Source: an uncultured Acidobacteriota bacterium (GTDB lineage: Bacteria; Acidobacteriota; Thermoanaerobaculia; UBA5066). From it: 64,000 nucleotides of DNA. Below the pieces are notes generated by a model that was given only the letters and a program-made list of their open reading frames with translations, was not told the DNA's origin and ran no database searches. The DNA is taken from the NCBI GenBank assembly GCA_963779415.1, contig CAVZYA010000001.1, positions 320,001 to 384,000 of the forward strand, given 5' to 3'. The stretch's first letter is position 1; each line of letters starts with the position of its first letter. This document shows positions 1-9,500 of this stretch, piece by piece. Position numbers and translations under genes: made by a program.

Positions 1-854
1 AGAACGGTAAGGTCTACGGCCGCGGAGCGAGCGACGACAAGGGGAACGTCGCGGCGATGCTGGAGATCGCCCGCCTCGCGAAGGGGCGCAACCTCGGCAA
101 GCGGCTCCTTTTCACCTTCACCACGGGAGAGGAATTCGGCACGAAACTGGAGGAGAAGGGGAGCTTTCTCCTTTCGAAGCACCTCCGGGCCGACAAGGCA
201 CTCGTCCTCGAGCCGCAGTTCGACGTGAAGGAGCGGCGCCTCAACATCATCCACGGCTGTCGCGGGATCGAGAACATCAAGGTGCAGATCATGGGGAAGG
301 GGGCCCACACCGGTTATCCGGAGCGCGGCGTCAACGCCGTCTCGCGCGCCGTCCGGATCCTTTCGAAGATCGAACAGATGGAGTTCCACTCGGTCACGGT
401 CCCGGGGCAGAAAGTCACGACCGTCTGCATGCCGATCCGGATCGAAGGGGGCGCCGACATGTTCCTCGTCCCGGCCACCTGCGAGATCCTCATCCACGCC
501 CGGACCGCTCCCGGGGACGGGAGGCTCGTCGTGGACGTCGAGCGTATCTGCCGGGAGGTCTGCGGCTCCGACTTCACGATGACGACCCCTTACAGCGCTC
601 CCGGGTACGTCGAGAGCCACGAGGACCCCCTCATCGACCTGATCCGGAAAGAATCGTCCGCAGCGGGCTGGGTCACCGAGACCCGGTTCGCCGGCGGCCG
701 GATCGACGCCGCGATCTTCAGGAACGTCGCCGGGATCCCGTCCTTCTGCACGGGGGTCGGCGACCGCGACCAGATGCACCTGATCGACGAGTTCATCACG
801 GTAGAAGACTTCGTCACCGGATCCGAGATCCTTAAGAAGATCGTCTTCGCCTGA
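1..854 (+). CDS. M20/ArgE-DapE family metallopeptidase or deacylase, 5'-truncated by the window edge
   Basis: Frame is open from position 3 and reads NGKVYGRGASDDKG (M20 signature); also GEE, GKGAH..P..GVNA and C-terminal H (QMHLIDE). Confidence 0.9.
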   Translation, partial: NGKVYGRGASDDKGNVAAMLEIARLAKGRNLGKRLLFTFTTGEEFGTKLEEKGSFLLSKHLRADKALVLEPQFDVKERRLNIIHGCRGIENIKVQIMGKGAHTGYPERGVNAVSRAVRILSKIEQMEFHSVTVPGQKVTTVCMPIRIEGGADMFLVPATCEILIHARTAPGDGRLVVDVERICREVCGSDFTMTTPYSAPGYVESHEDPLIDLIRKESSAAGWVTETRFAGGRIDAAIFRNVAGIPSFCTGVGDRDQMHLIDEFITVEDFVTGSEILKKIVFA

Positions 855-877
855 GACGATCCGAAGCCGAGGTACGC

Positions 878-2302
878 ATGTTCCATGACGTCGACGAAGC
901 GCTCCGTTACATCAGGGACCGGAAGGTCGCCATGGTGGATCTGAAGACGGCCGACCTCCTCGGCCGCTGGCGGCACATGGTCTACAAGACGGGCCACGAC
1001 GACGAGAAAATCTTCACGAAGGGGACCGGGACGAGTCTCAGCTCCTATCCGGGGTTCAAGACGATCGAGGCCGGCGACATGACGATCAAGCCGGATCCGA
1101 CGACCGGCTTCATGGATCCCTTCGCCGAAGTACCGACCCTCTGCTTCATCTGCGATATCTACAACAACGACGGGTCGCCGTTCGAGCTGGACCCGCGCTA
1201 CGTGGCGCGGAAGGCGGAGAAGTACCTCGGGAAGGTGATGCCCGGAGGCTCCACGCTCTGGGGGCCGGAGCTGGAGTTCTACCTCTTCGACGAGGTCCGG
1301 TACCAGAGCGACATCCAGCAGGCGTTCTACCGCGTCGATTCCGCCGAGTCCTACTGGAACGCCGGAAAGGAAGGGAGCCAGGGCTACAACCTCCCCTTCA
1401 CGAAAGGGAGCCAGGCCGACCTCCCGCGCGACCGGTTCTGCAACCTCCGGTCGCGGATGGTTCAGTACCTCGAAGAGGCCGGCGTCCCGATCAAGTACCA
1501 CCACCACGAGTCGGGCTCGCCCGGCCAGATGGAGATCGAGACTTACTTCACGCCCCTTCTTCAGGCCGGGGACAACGTCTTCAAGATGAAATACATCATC
1601 AAGAACGCCGCCGTTCAGGCCGGGAAGACCGCGACGTTCATGCCGATGCCGCTCTATGCCGAGTCGACGAACGGCATGCACTACCACCAGTACGTCACCG
1701 ACGGGAAGAAGTCGCTCTTCTGGGACGCCAAGGGGTACGGCGGGATGAACAGAGCGGGGCTCTCGTACATCGCCGGCATCCTGTCGCACGTCCAGGCGGT
1801 CCTCTCGCTCACGAACGGCAGCACGAACTCCTACCGCCGCCTGGGGGGCTATCGCGCGGCGCCGAACTACGTCTTCTTCTCCGTCGGAAACCGGACGGCG
1901 GCCATCCGGATCCCGGCATACGCCATCAACGAAAGGGAAGCCCGGGTGGAGTTCCGGATGCCGGACGCCACCGGGAACCCCTATCTCTCCCTCGCCGCGA
2001 TGCTGATGGCGGGGCTGGACGGCGTCGAGAAGGGCCTCGACCCGACGAAGGAGGGCTTCGGCCCCTTCGAGGAGAACTTCAACCTGCAGGAGGTCGTCGA
2101 CAAGCACAAGCTGTCGCGCGCTCCCGACAGCCTTCAGGAAGCGCTCCTCGCCCTCGAGAAGGACCACGCCTTCCTGACGAAGGAGAACGTCTTCCCGGAG
2201 GCGCTCGTCAAGGGATGGATCAATGTGAAGGAGACGCTCGAGATCGCGCCTCTCCTCAAGCGACCCCATCCGTACGAGTACGACCTCTACTACGACCTGT
2301 GA
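878..2302 (+). CDS. Glutamine synthetase type I family protein (GlnA-like, divergent ammonium site)
   Basis: GPELEFY, HHHES..QMEI, GMHYH, NSYRRL, NRTAAIRIP, VEFRMPD..NPYL, RPHPYEYDLYYD; GAGG Shine-Dalgarno upstream. Confidence 0.92.
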   Translation: MFHDVDEALRYIRDRKVAMVDLKTADLLGRWRHMVYKTGHDDEKIFTKGTGTSLSSYPGFKTIEAGDMTIKPDPTTGFMDPFAEVPTLCFICDIYNNDGSPFELDPRYVARKAEKYLGKVMPGGSTLWGPELEFYLFDEVRYQSDIQQAFYRVDSAESYWNAGKEGSQGYNLPFTKGSQADLPRDRFCNLRSRMVQYLEEAGVPIKYHHHESGSPGQMEIETYFTPLLQAGDNVFKMKYIIKNAAVQAGKTATFMPMPLYAESTNGMHYHQYVTDGKKSLFWDAKGYGGMNRAGLSYIAGILSHVQAVLSLTNGSTNSYRRLGGYRAAPNYVFFSVGNRTAAIRIPAYAINEREARVEFRMPDATGNPYLSLAAMLMAGLDGVEKGLDPTKEGFGPFEENFNLQEVVDKHKLSRAPDSLQEALLALEKDHAFLTKENVFPEALVKGWINVKETLEIAPLLKRPHPYEYDLYYDL

Positions 2303-2339
2303 GGCGCCAGGTCGGCCTCGATAAGTGTATGATCAGTGC

Positions 2340-2573
2340 ATGGCCGTCAAGACCATCACGATCGACGTTGAGGCCTACGAGATCCTGGCGCGCAGAAAGC
2401 GGCCCGGTCAGTCGTTCTCCGAGCTCGTCAAGATGGAGTTCGGACGAATCCGGACAGGCCGCGACCTCGCGGCGGCCCTGAACGGCATCCGCCTTTCAGA
2501 AGGGACGCTGGATGCCACGGACCGCCAGATCCGTCGGCGATCTCGGAGTCTCGCCAGAGCGCCGAAACGGTGA
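2340..2573 (+). CDS. vapB: Antitoxin, VapB/DUF217 type
   Basis: MAVKTITIDVEAYEILARRKRPGQSFSELV pattern; GTGA overlap with the downstream PIN gene. Confidence 0.8.
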   Translation: MAVKTITIDVEAYEILARRKRPGQSFSELVKMEFGRIRTGRDLAAALNGIRLSEGTLDATDRQIRRRSRSLARAPKR

Positions 2574-2974
2574 TCCACCTCGACACGTCCTTTCTCGTGG
2601 ACCTGATGAGGGAGGCCTCGCGCGGCCGCGTCGGGCCGGCAACGTCCCTCCTCCGGACGCTTCAGAACGAGGAACTGGCAATCAGCATCCACGTCGCGTG
2701 TGAACTCCGTGCGGGAGCCGAGCTTTCGAGCAACCCCGCGGAGGAGCACCTCAAGGTCGAGGCCCTCTGCCGGGGACTGGAGGTCGTCACCCCGGCCGAG
2801 ACGTTCCCGGGGATCTATGGGACTCTCCTCGCGCGTCTCGAACGGCGCGGGGAGAGGATCGCGACGATGGATCTCCTGATCGCCACGGCAGCGGTCGCTT
2901 CGGGAGCATCCCTCGTGACGCGCAATGCTCGGCACTTCGGGAGGATCTCCGAGCTTCGCCTGGCCGCTTACTGA
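2570..2974 (+). CDS. vapC: PIN-domain toxin VapC
   Basis: LDTSFLVD, conserved E, DLLIATAA, LVTRNARHF. Confidence 0.9.
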   Translation: MIHLDTSFLVDLMREASRGRVGPATSLLRTLQNEELAISIHVACELRAGAELSSNPAEEHLKVEALCRGLEVVTPAETFPGIYGTLLARLERRGERIATMDLLIATAAVASGASLVTRNARHFGRISELRLAAY

Positions 2975-2992
2975 CTCGTACGGGGGACATGC

Positions 2993-4024
2993 TCAGCGGA
3001 TGACGGCCGAAGGATCGATGGCGACGTTGAAGAGGGCGGGGTCGTACTTGTAGCTGTTCAGGGCATCGGCGGTCTGGGGCGAGACGGTCCGGAGGAGCTT
3101 TCCGAGCGAAGCCTGGACGTCGGCGCCGATCTTCACCTTCGAGACGACCTCGACGGTGACCGACGTCGCGTTGGCGCGCCTCGGTCCTCCTTCGCGTAGG
3201 ACGAGGCTGGCCATGAGCGGATTCGGGTCGATGACGGTGACGCCCGGATAGCCGAGCCCCGCGAAGGTCTTCTTCCAGAGGTCGAGAACGTAGCCGTAGT
3301 GCGTGCAGTTGAGGCTGACGACGAGCGGGCCGGGGTTCGAAGGGAGGCGCCGGATCGCCTCGGCGACGAACGCCCGGACGTACGTCGACGTCTCCTCGCT
3401 GTCGGCCCCGCGCTCGATCGACCCCGCGAGGCGGGGGCACGACTCGCCGACGATGTGGTCGGCCGGAATCCCTTTCTCGACGAGGAGCTTCGGATAGGCG
3501 CCCGATTCGATCGTCGTCTTCGTTCCGAAGATGACGGCGGTTCCCCCCGGATTCTCTTTCATCTTCTCGCCGATCAGGTCGGCGCCCATCCCGACGATCG
3601 GGACGACTTCCGTGCCGCCCGCTTTCGCGTGCTCCGTCTTGTCGTAGAGGACCGAGAGCGTGTTGCAGGCGATGAGGAGGATGTCGGGCCTGTAGCGGCT
3701 CTCCATGGCGTCGAGGGCCGCGTCGAAGACGCGCAGCTTGTCCTTCTCGAGCTTCATGTCGTTGTAGCCGATCGCGTCGTCGAGGAGAGCGTTCACGAAG
3801 ACGATCCGGGCCGACTTCGCGATCCCGCTCGCCGGCAGCTGCGCCGCGAGCTGGGCCACGACGGAGAGCCCGCCGAGCCCCGAGTCGGTCACGACGATGG
3901 TGACGTCGGGACGCTCGCGGACGGCCTCGGCGAAGGTGGCCGGCTTCTTCCCGGCGGTCTGGCATCCGGCAAGGACGAGTGCGGCTGCCGCAAGGAGTGA
4001 ACGGGACCTCGAAAGCCTTCTCAT
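2993..4024 (-). CDS. Glutamate/aspartate racemase family protein with a lipoprotein signal peptide
   Basis: DSGLGGLSV, IACNT and LNCTHY (both catalytic Cys present); N-terminal MRR..hydrophobic..LAGC lipobox. Confidence 0.8.
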   Translation of the reverse strand: MRRLSRSRSLLAAAALVLAGCQTAGKKPATFAEAVRERPDVTIVVTDSGLGGLSVVAQLAAQLPASGIAKSARIVFVNALLDDAIGYNDMKLEKDKLRVFDAALDAMESRYRPDILLIACNTLSVLYDKTEHAKAGGTEVVPIVGMGADLIGEKMKENPGGTAVIFGTKTTIESGAYPKLLVEKGIPADHIVGESCPRLAGSIERGADSEETSTYVRAFVAEAIRRLPSNPGPLVVSLNCTHYGYVLDLWKKTFAGLGYPGVTVIDPNPLMASLVLREGGPRRANATSVTVEVVSKVKIGADVQASLGKLLRTVSPQTADALNSYKYDPALFNVAIDPSAVIR

Positions 4025-4172
4025 CTCGCTCTCCGGAACGAAAGGATAGAGGATGGCAGAACGGGCCGCCCGACTGATACAGATAGACTAAGGTCGCTCG
4101 AGAAGGATGTATTGCTGATACCGTCGGATCCTCGAAACCGATGGGACCACGCACCCCACAGGGAGAGACCAG

Positions 4173-5939
4173 ATGATCCGTTCGAGGAATCGCATGGGCG
4201 GAAGCCTCGTCGGCCTGCCGGCAGGCGTATCCCTCGCCGTTCTCGTCCTGGCCGCATGGCCGGTCACGGTCTCGGCGCACGCCACGAACTCGAAGCTCCC
4301 GGCAAGCGTCCGTTTCCTGATCGGCGCTGCCGCGCCGCCGAGGTGGGTCGTGTCGGGCCTCGCCTATGCCGCAGGCGTACTGCCGGGATCGTTCTACGTC
4401 TCGGACGTCGTGATCGAGAACCCGAGCACGACGCAGCCGATGAGCCTTTCGCTCGCGCTCGCCGACGGGACGGCCCCCGCCTCCATGGCATGGAAGCCGA
4501 TCCAGCTCTCGCCGATGGAGAGCCGCAGCTTCTCGAACATCCTCCAGAGCTTCTTCGGAAAGGCCGCGGGAGGGCCGGCCACGACGCTCATCGTCAGGGG
4601 CGACTCCCTCCCGACGAACGCGACGCCGGTGATCTGGGCGTCGACGTACAACAACAACGGCGGCGACCCGACGAAGGGAACCTACGGGGTCGCGATTGCG
4701 GCCGTTCCCCTCTCGGCGGCCGTCTCGACCGCTTCGTCCAGGGCTCTCACGGAGATCCCGGGTCTGCGTGACGTTCCGGACTATTCCAGCCGGAGCTCGC
4801 TCGTCGCGTATCCGAACGTCTCCCCGGCCTACACGAACGTCGGGTTCGTGAACCCCGGCAGCGTCCCGGCGACTCTGAAAGTCGACTTCACCTCCTCCAG
4901 CCTCGCGACGATCTCCAAAGAGCTCGGCTCGGAGGTGACCCTGACGCTCAGCCCGAACGAGACGAGGCAGATCACGAAGGCGCTCACGAGACCCGTTCCG
5001 ACCGGAGCGGCGTGGAACGTCATCAGCCAACCGGAGGCAAACTACCTGATGACGGTGAGCGTGGCGGCCGGCGGTATGGTCGTTCCCTACGCTTCGGTCA
5101 AGGACATCGGCTCGTCCGACTCGGTCTTCATGACGAGCGACGGTGCGGTCTCGACGACCTACCGGGTCCCGGCCGTCGTCCGTGCGAACGGCCAGCACGG
5201 GACGGTCTTCCGGAGCCGTCTCGTCCTCTTCAACCCTTCGGGAGCGACGCGCGCCGTGCAGCTCTCCTTCTCATACCTGAAGTGCGTGCGCGGTACCTCC
5301 ACATGCGATCCGCGGAAGGTCGTCGCGGGAAACCTCACGCTCCTCTCCGGGCAGGCGGTCATCTTCGAGGACTTCGTGGGGGAGTGGCTGACCCAAAACG
5401 GCCTCGCCGTCGACGATGGAAGCGACTACACGACGTCGTTCATCGACATCTCGGGCGCCGACCCGAACACCGACCCTCTCCTCGTCCGGGCCGAGACTTA
5501 CAACGCCACGCCGACCGGAAACTTCGGGACGCAGATTCCGGGGTTCGTCGCGTCGATCCACGGGGCCTCGGCGGCGGCCGGAGGACCCGGCAGCCGTCTT
5601 CTGATCCCGCGCGCGGTTCCGAACGGCGGGACCAGCGGCTTCCGGACGAACGTGGCCCTCGTCCTCCTTGCCGGGGCGACCGGTACCGCGAAGGTGCGGC
5701 TCTACCCGAGCGCTGGCGGACTTCCTGCTCTGCCGGACGTCTCTCTCACCGTCACAGCTGCAGAGCCCTTTCTCCAGCGGTCGCTCGAAAACCTCTTTCC
5801 GGCGATCACGTCGTCAGGAGCTGGAAAGAAGTATTCCATCGAGATCGTGGTCACGAGCGGGACGATCGGCGGGTACACGTCGATCAACGACAACGTCACC
5901 GGCGACTCGTCGGTGATCGTGGCCCGCCCGCAGCAATAG
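4173..5939 (+). CDS. Secreted beta-rich protein with two related internal modules
   Basis: Signal peptide (..VLAAWPVTVSA); repeated module GSFYVSDVVIENPS..YTNVGFVN..YASVKD..SSD versus GTVFRSRLVLFNPS..FRTNVALV..YTSINDN.TGD. Confidence 0.75.
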   Translation: MIRSRNRMGGSLVGLPAGVSLAVLVLAAWPVTVSAHATNSKLPASVRFLIGAAAPPRWVVSGLAYAAGVLPGSFYVSDVVIENPSTTQPMSLSLALADGTAPASMAWKPIQLSPMESRSFSNILQSFFGKAAGGPATTLIVRGDSLPTNATPVIWASTYNNNGGDPTKGTYGVAIAAVPLSAAVSTASSRALTEIPGLRDVPDYSSRSSLVAYPNVSPAYTNVGFVNPGSVPATLKVDFTSSSLATISKELGSEVTLTLSPNETRQITKALTRPVPTGAAWNVISQPEANYLMTVSVAAGGMVVPYASVKDIGSSDSVFMTSDGAVSTTYRVPAVVRANGQHGTVFRSRLVLFNPSGATRAVQLSFSYLKCVRGTSTCDPRKVVAGNLTLLSGQAVIFEDFVGEWLTQNGLAVDDGSDYTTSFIDISGADPNTDPLLVRAETYNATPTGNFGTQIPGFVASIHGASAAAGGPGSRLLIPRAVPNGGTSGFRTNVALVLLAGATGTAKVRLYPSAGGLPALPDVSLTVTAAEPFLQRSLENLFPAITSSGAGKKYSIEIVVTSGTIGGYTSINDNVTGDSSVIVARPQQ

Positions 5940-5979
5940 TCGCTCATCCTCGCCAGGAGACCCGGCCCCGTATCGCGGG

Positions 5980-6480
5980 TCAGCGCCCCGGTGCCCGCGC
6001 CTCGGCCCGGGAAAGACGAGACTCCAGCTCCGACAGCCTTGCTCTCACGTCTTCGCTCTCTCGCACCCGGGTTTTGGGGGCATTGATCTCGGCTCGCTGT
6101 GCCTCGATGTCCTGCGCCACGAACCCCATGTCGATCCGTCCGTTGCCATCCCGAAGCCGGTACTCCACGGGCCGCAGCGCGAGGACGAAGTCGAGGCCGA
6201 GAAGGACGTCGCGCCGGTTCTGCGGCCAACGAACGCGTTGTAGGACGCCGTGTACTGCAGCGCCTCGAAGGCGAGGAGCGTGTAGTCCTTCTGTCCGAGC
6301 GTCATCCCGGAGTGGTCCTTGAGGGCGACGTGGACGGTGGCCGGACCGCCCACGATGTTGACCATCCCGAAGTGGTGGCGGAAGTTCTCGTTCGATCCCT
6401 GGGTGATCCCCTGAAGCTGGGAGGTCTCGCCGGGGCCGATGGCGAACGTGGCCGCCCTGCGCACGCGAGACGGCCCGCTT
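5980..6480 (-). pseudogene. Relic of a secreted protein with a C-terminal peptidase S74 (intramolecular chaperone)-like domain
   Basis: Two minus-strand frames: FAIGPGETSQLQG..NFRHHFGMVN..TVHVALKD.SG, then LGLDFVLALRPVEYRL..GFVAQDIE plus a coiled coil; no credible start. Confidence 0.55.
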
Positions 6481-6540
6481 CCGAGGAGGAAAAGGATCTC
6501 CGCGGGTAAGATGCCGCGCGCGAAGGATGAGACCGGCACC

Positions 6541-9500
6541 ATGAAAAACAGCTCTGCCGGCACTACCGCCCCCCGACGAACCTTCCTCGACCCCCATGGT
6601 CTCTCGGCGCGCGCTCTTTCCACGCCCGAGCCGCTCGTCCGCGCCTTCGCGCGGCGGGTCCAGCAGGAAGGGGCGCTGGACCTGACCCAGGGGGACTACA
6701 AGAACGCCGACTTCGCGCCGCACCCGGAAGTCGTCCGCGCGGCCCAGCGGATCACCCGGAACACCGTCCACAGCTACGGGCCGGCCGTCGGCCGGATGGA
6801 CGTGCGGGGGGAGATCGCCGACTTCTTCAACCGCGACGGGCTTCTCGACTACCCCTCCTCGAACGTCCGGTTCCTCCCGGACGAGGTTCTCTTCACCCCC
6901 GGGACGCGCTCGGGCCTCGCGATGGCGCTCGAGGTGCTCGGGGCGGACGGATCGGGCGTGGTGGTCCCGCGCCCGAGCTGGGAATACGACTGGTTCGTCG
7001 AGCGCGCCGGGAAGCGCCTCGTCGAGCTGCCGACGAGCTCTCCCGAGTTCCTTCCCGATCCGGACGAGCTGGAGCGGCTCCTCGAAAAGGGCGACATCTC
7101 GTCCGTCATCATCAACAACCCGCACAATCCGACGGGACGGGTCTACCCGCGGTCGCTCGTCGAGGCGCTCGTCCGGGTCGCGGTGAAGCACCGCGTCTTC
7201 GTCCTCTACGACTCCGTCTACCAGCGCCTCGACTATGTCGGCTCGTTCGTGAATCCCGCCTTTGCCGACCCCGAGTGGCGCGACTGGGTCGTCACCCTCT
7301 CGGGGCTTTCCAAGATGGACATGTTCGGCGCCTCGACGGGGGCCCGGGCATGCTGGCTCGTCCTCTCGGACCAGATCCGTTCGGGCGGGGTGCGCGCGAG
7401 GGAGATTCTCGCGAACCTCTCGGCATGGCTCGTTGCGACCCCCTCGACACTGGCGCAGGACTGGGCGCTCGCGGCGCTCCAGAGCCCCCTGGCGGCGCTC
7501 CGCCGGCCGTCTCCATACATGCGGGAACGGCGCGACTTCATGGCCGAAGGGGCGGACGCGCTCGCGCCTCTCGGGGTTACGCGGACCGACTTCGGCGGGA
7601 CGTTCTACGCCCCTCTCGCCTTCCCGGGCCTCGTCGGCGAGCCGTTCGACCGGCTTCGCAACGGCATCCACGAGCGGGCCGTCGTCCGGACGTCGGTCGA
7701 GGCCTTCGAGTTCCTTCTCGCGGGGGCCGTGGGAGGGATCCCGTTCGCTGCCTTCGCCGGCTCCGACCCGGACCGGTACGGGACGTGGCAGCGCCTTTCG
7801 TACGGCTCGAAGGACGTGAAGGAGCTGGCCGTCTTCATGGAGCGCGTCCGCGCCCGGATCGAGCGGCAGGGGCGCCTCGGGTCGAGCGCGAAGGCCGAAA
7901 CCGCCGTCCGGACCGTGGAGGACGAGGTCTGGGAGAGCACCTGCACCGACGCGGGATACCCGGCTCTCGACGGGCTCGACCCGATCGCGTTTGCCGAGGC
8001 GCACCGAAAATTCCGGGAGGGCTCCGCGCCGGAGACGCTCCGGTCGCTTCGTCTCACGGGGACGAAGCATCCGGATTCCACGGCGCATCGGGCCGAGCAG
8101 CTCGCGCGGGCGATCCGCTCGGTCGAAGCCGGAACGCCGAACCGCGCCGAGCGGGCGCTGACTCATCTCGAATGGAATCCGCTCGTCGAGGCCCGGCAGG
8201 AATACGAGGAGTCGATCGCCGACCTCCTCGGCCCCTGCACCGAAGTGCTCCTCGACTACGAGGGGCGCCAGATCAGCCCGGAGTGGCTGGACGTCCCGGA
8301 GAAGGTCGTCCTCGCCCTTCTCCGCCACGGAATCCTCCCGGGGGAGGACCGGCATCTCCTCTTCCGAGTCCCGAATCCCTGGCTCGAGCAGGACGAGGAG
8401 AAGGTCTCGAAGATCCTCGCCGCGGTCGCGCGGACGAACTTTCTCTTCCTCCTCGCCTGCGAGCGGCTCGGGATCGAGCCCGCGCGCAACGCCATCAACG
8501 AGCTGACCGTTCCCCAGGTGAACTCCGGGGCGGAGCTGGGGGCGGTGGTGAAGATCGGGACGCTCTACCTGCAGGCGGCCGAGGGGCTCTTTTCGGGCGC
8601 CCCGGAGCGCGTCGACGACTTCCTCCGGAGCCGCATTCCCGAATCGCGCCGTGCGGCCCTCACGGCGAAGGTCTCCCGCGTCCGGCTCGTCCCGCTCGTC
8701 GAGAACGTCGGCGCGCTCGCGCACCTTCCCGAGTTCCTCGAGATCTTCTACGAGACTCTGGAGCGGAACCGGGGGGCGGAAGGGCTCCCGACGCCGGCCT
8801 CGTTCCGGACGCGATTCGACGGCTCCGACGCCGTCGTCCGGATCTTCGTCGCGATGTCCGACACGGCCGAGCAGAGCGGGAAGATCGCCACCGACGCGGC
8901 CTTCACTCTCGCGGTGGCCGGGCGGGAGGAGGCGGAGAGACGTCTCGCCGGACACGCCCGGAAGGCGGGGGAGCCGCCGCCGCGCGTGACGTACCTGATC
9001 GGAGCGGGGGGCGCGGGCTTCCGCGGCGGCTTCGATCCGTCGCACGAAGGAGTCATCGCCCAGTTCGCCCGGGCCGACGGCGTCACGATGCAGGGGATCC
9101 GGGCCGACGCTCCCGAGAAAGCCGCTCGGCTCGCCGAGGCCTTCCGCCGCGTGGCGGAGGCCGGAAGCCCGGTGCCGCCGGTCTCCGCCGGGGACCGGGA
9201 GTCGCTCCTCAGGCTCCTCGAAACGGGAGTGAAGGCCCACACGGAGACGCTCCTCCGGATCGCACCGCTCATCGCCCCCTTCAGCGGCCTCGTGCCGCAG
9301 ACGCGCGTCCGGATCCGGGCGACCGGCTCGGTCAACTACGGCCGGTCGATCCCGACCTATCCGGAGGAATGGGGGGGCGGGAAAGACCTCCCCGACAACC
9401 GGGATCTCCGCGACGCGTGGCCGGAGGGGGTGACTCTGCCCCGTGCCATCAACTACAACCTCGGCTGCACGACGCTGGGCCTCCCCGCCGTGACGAGCGA

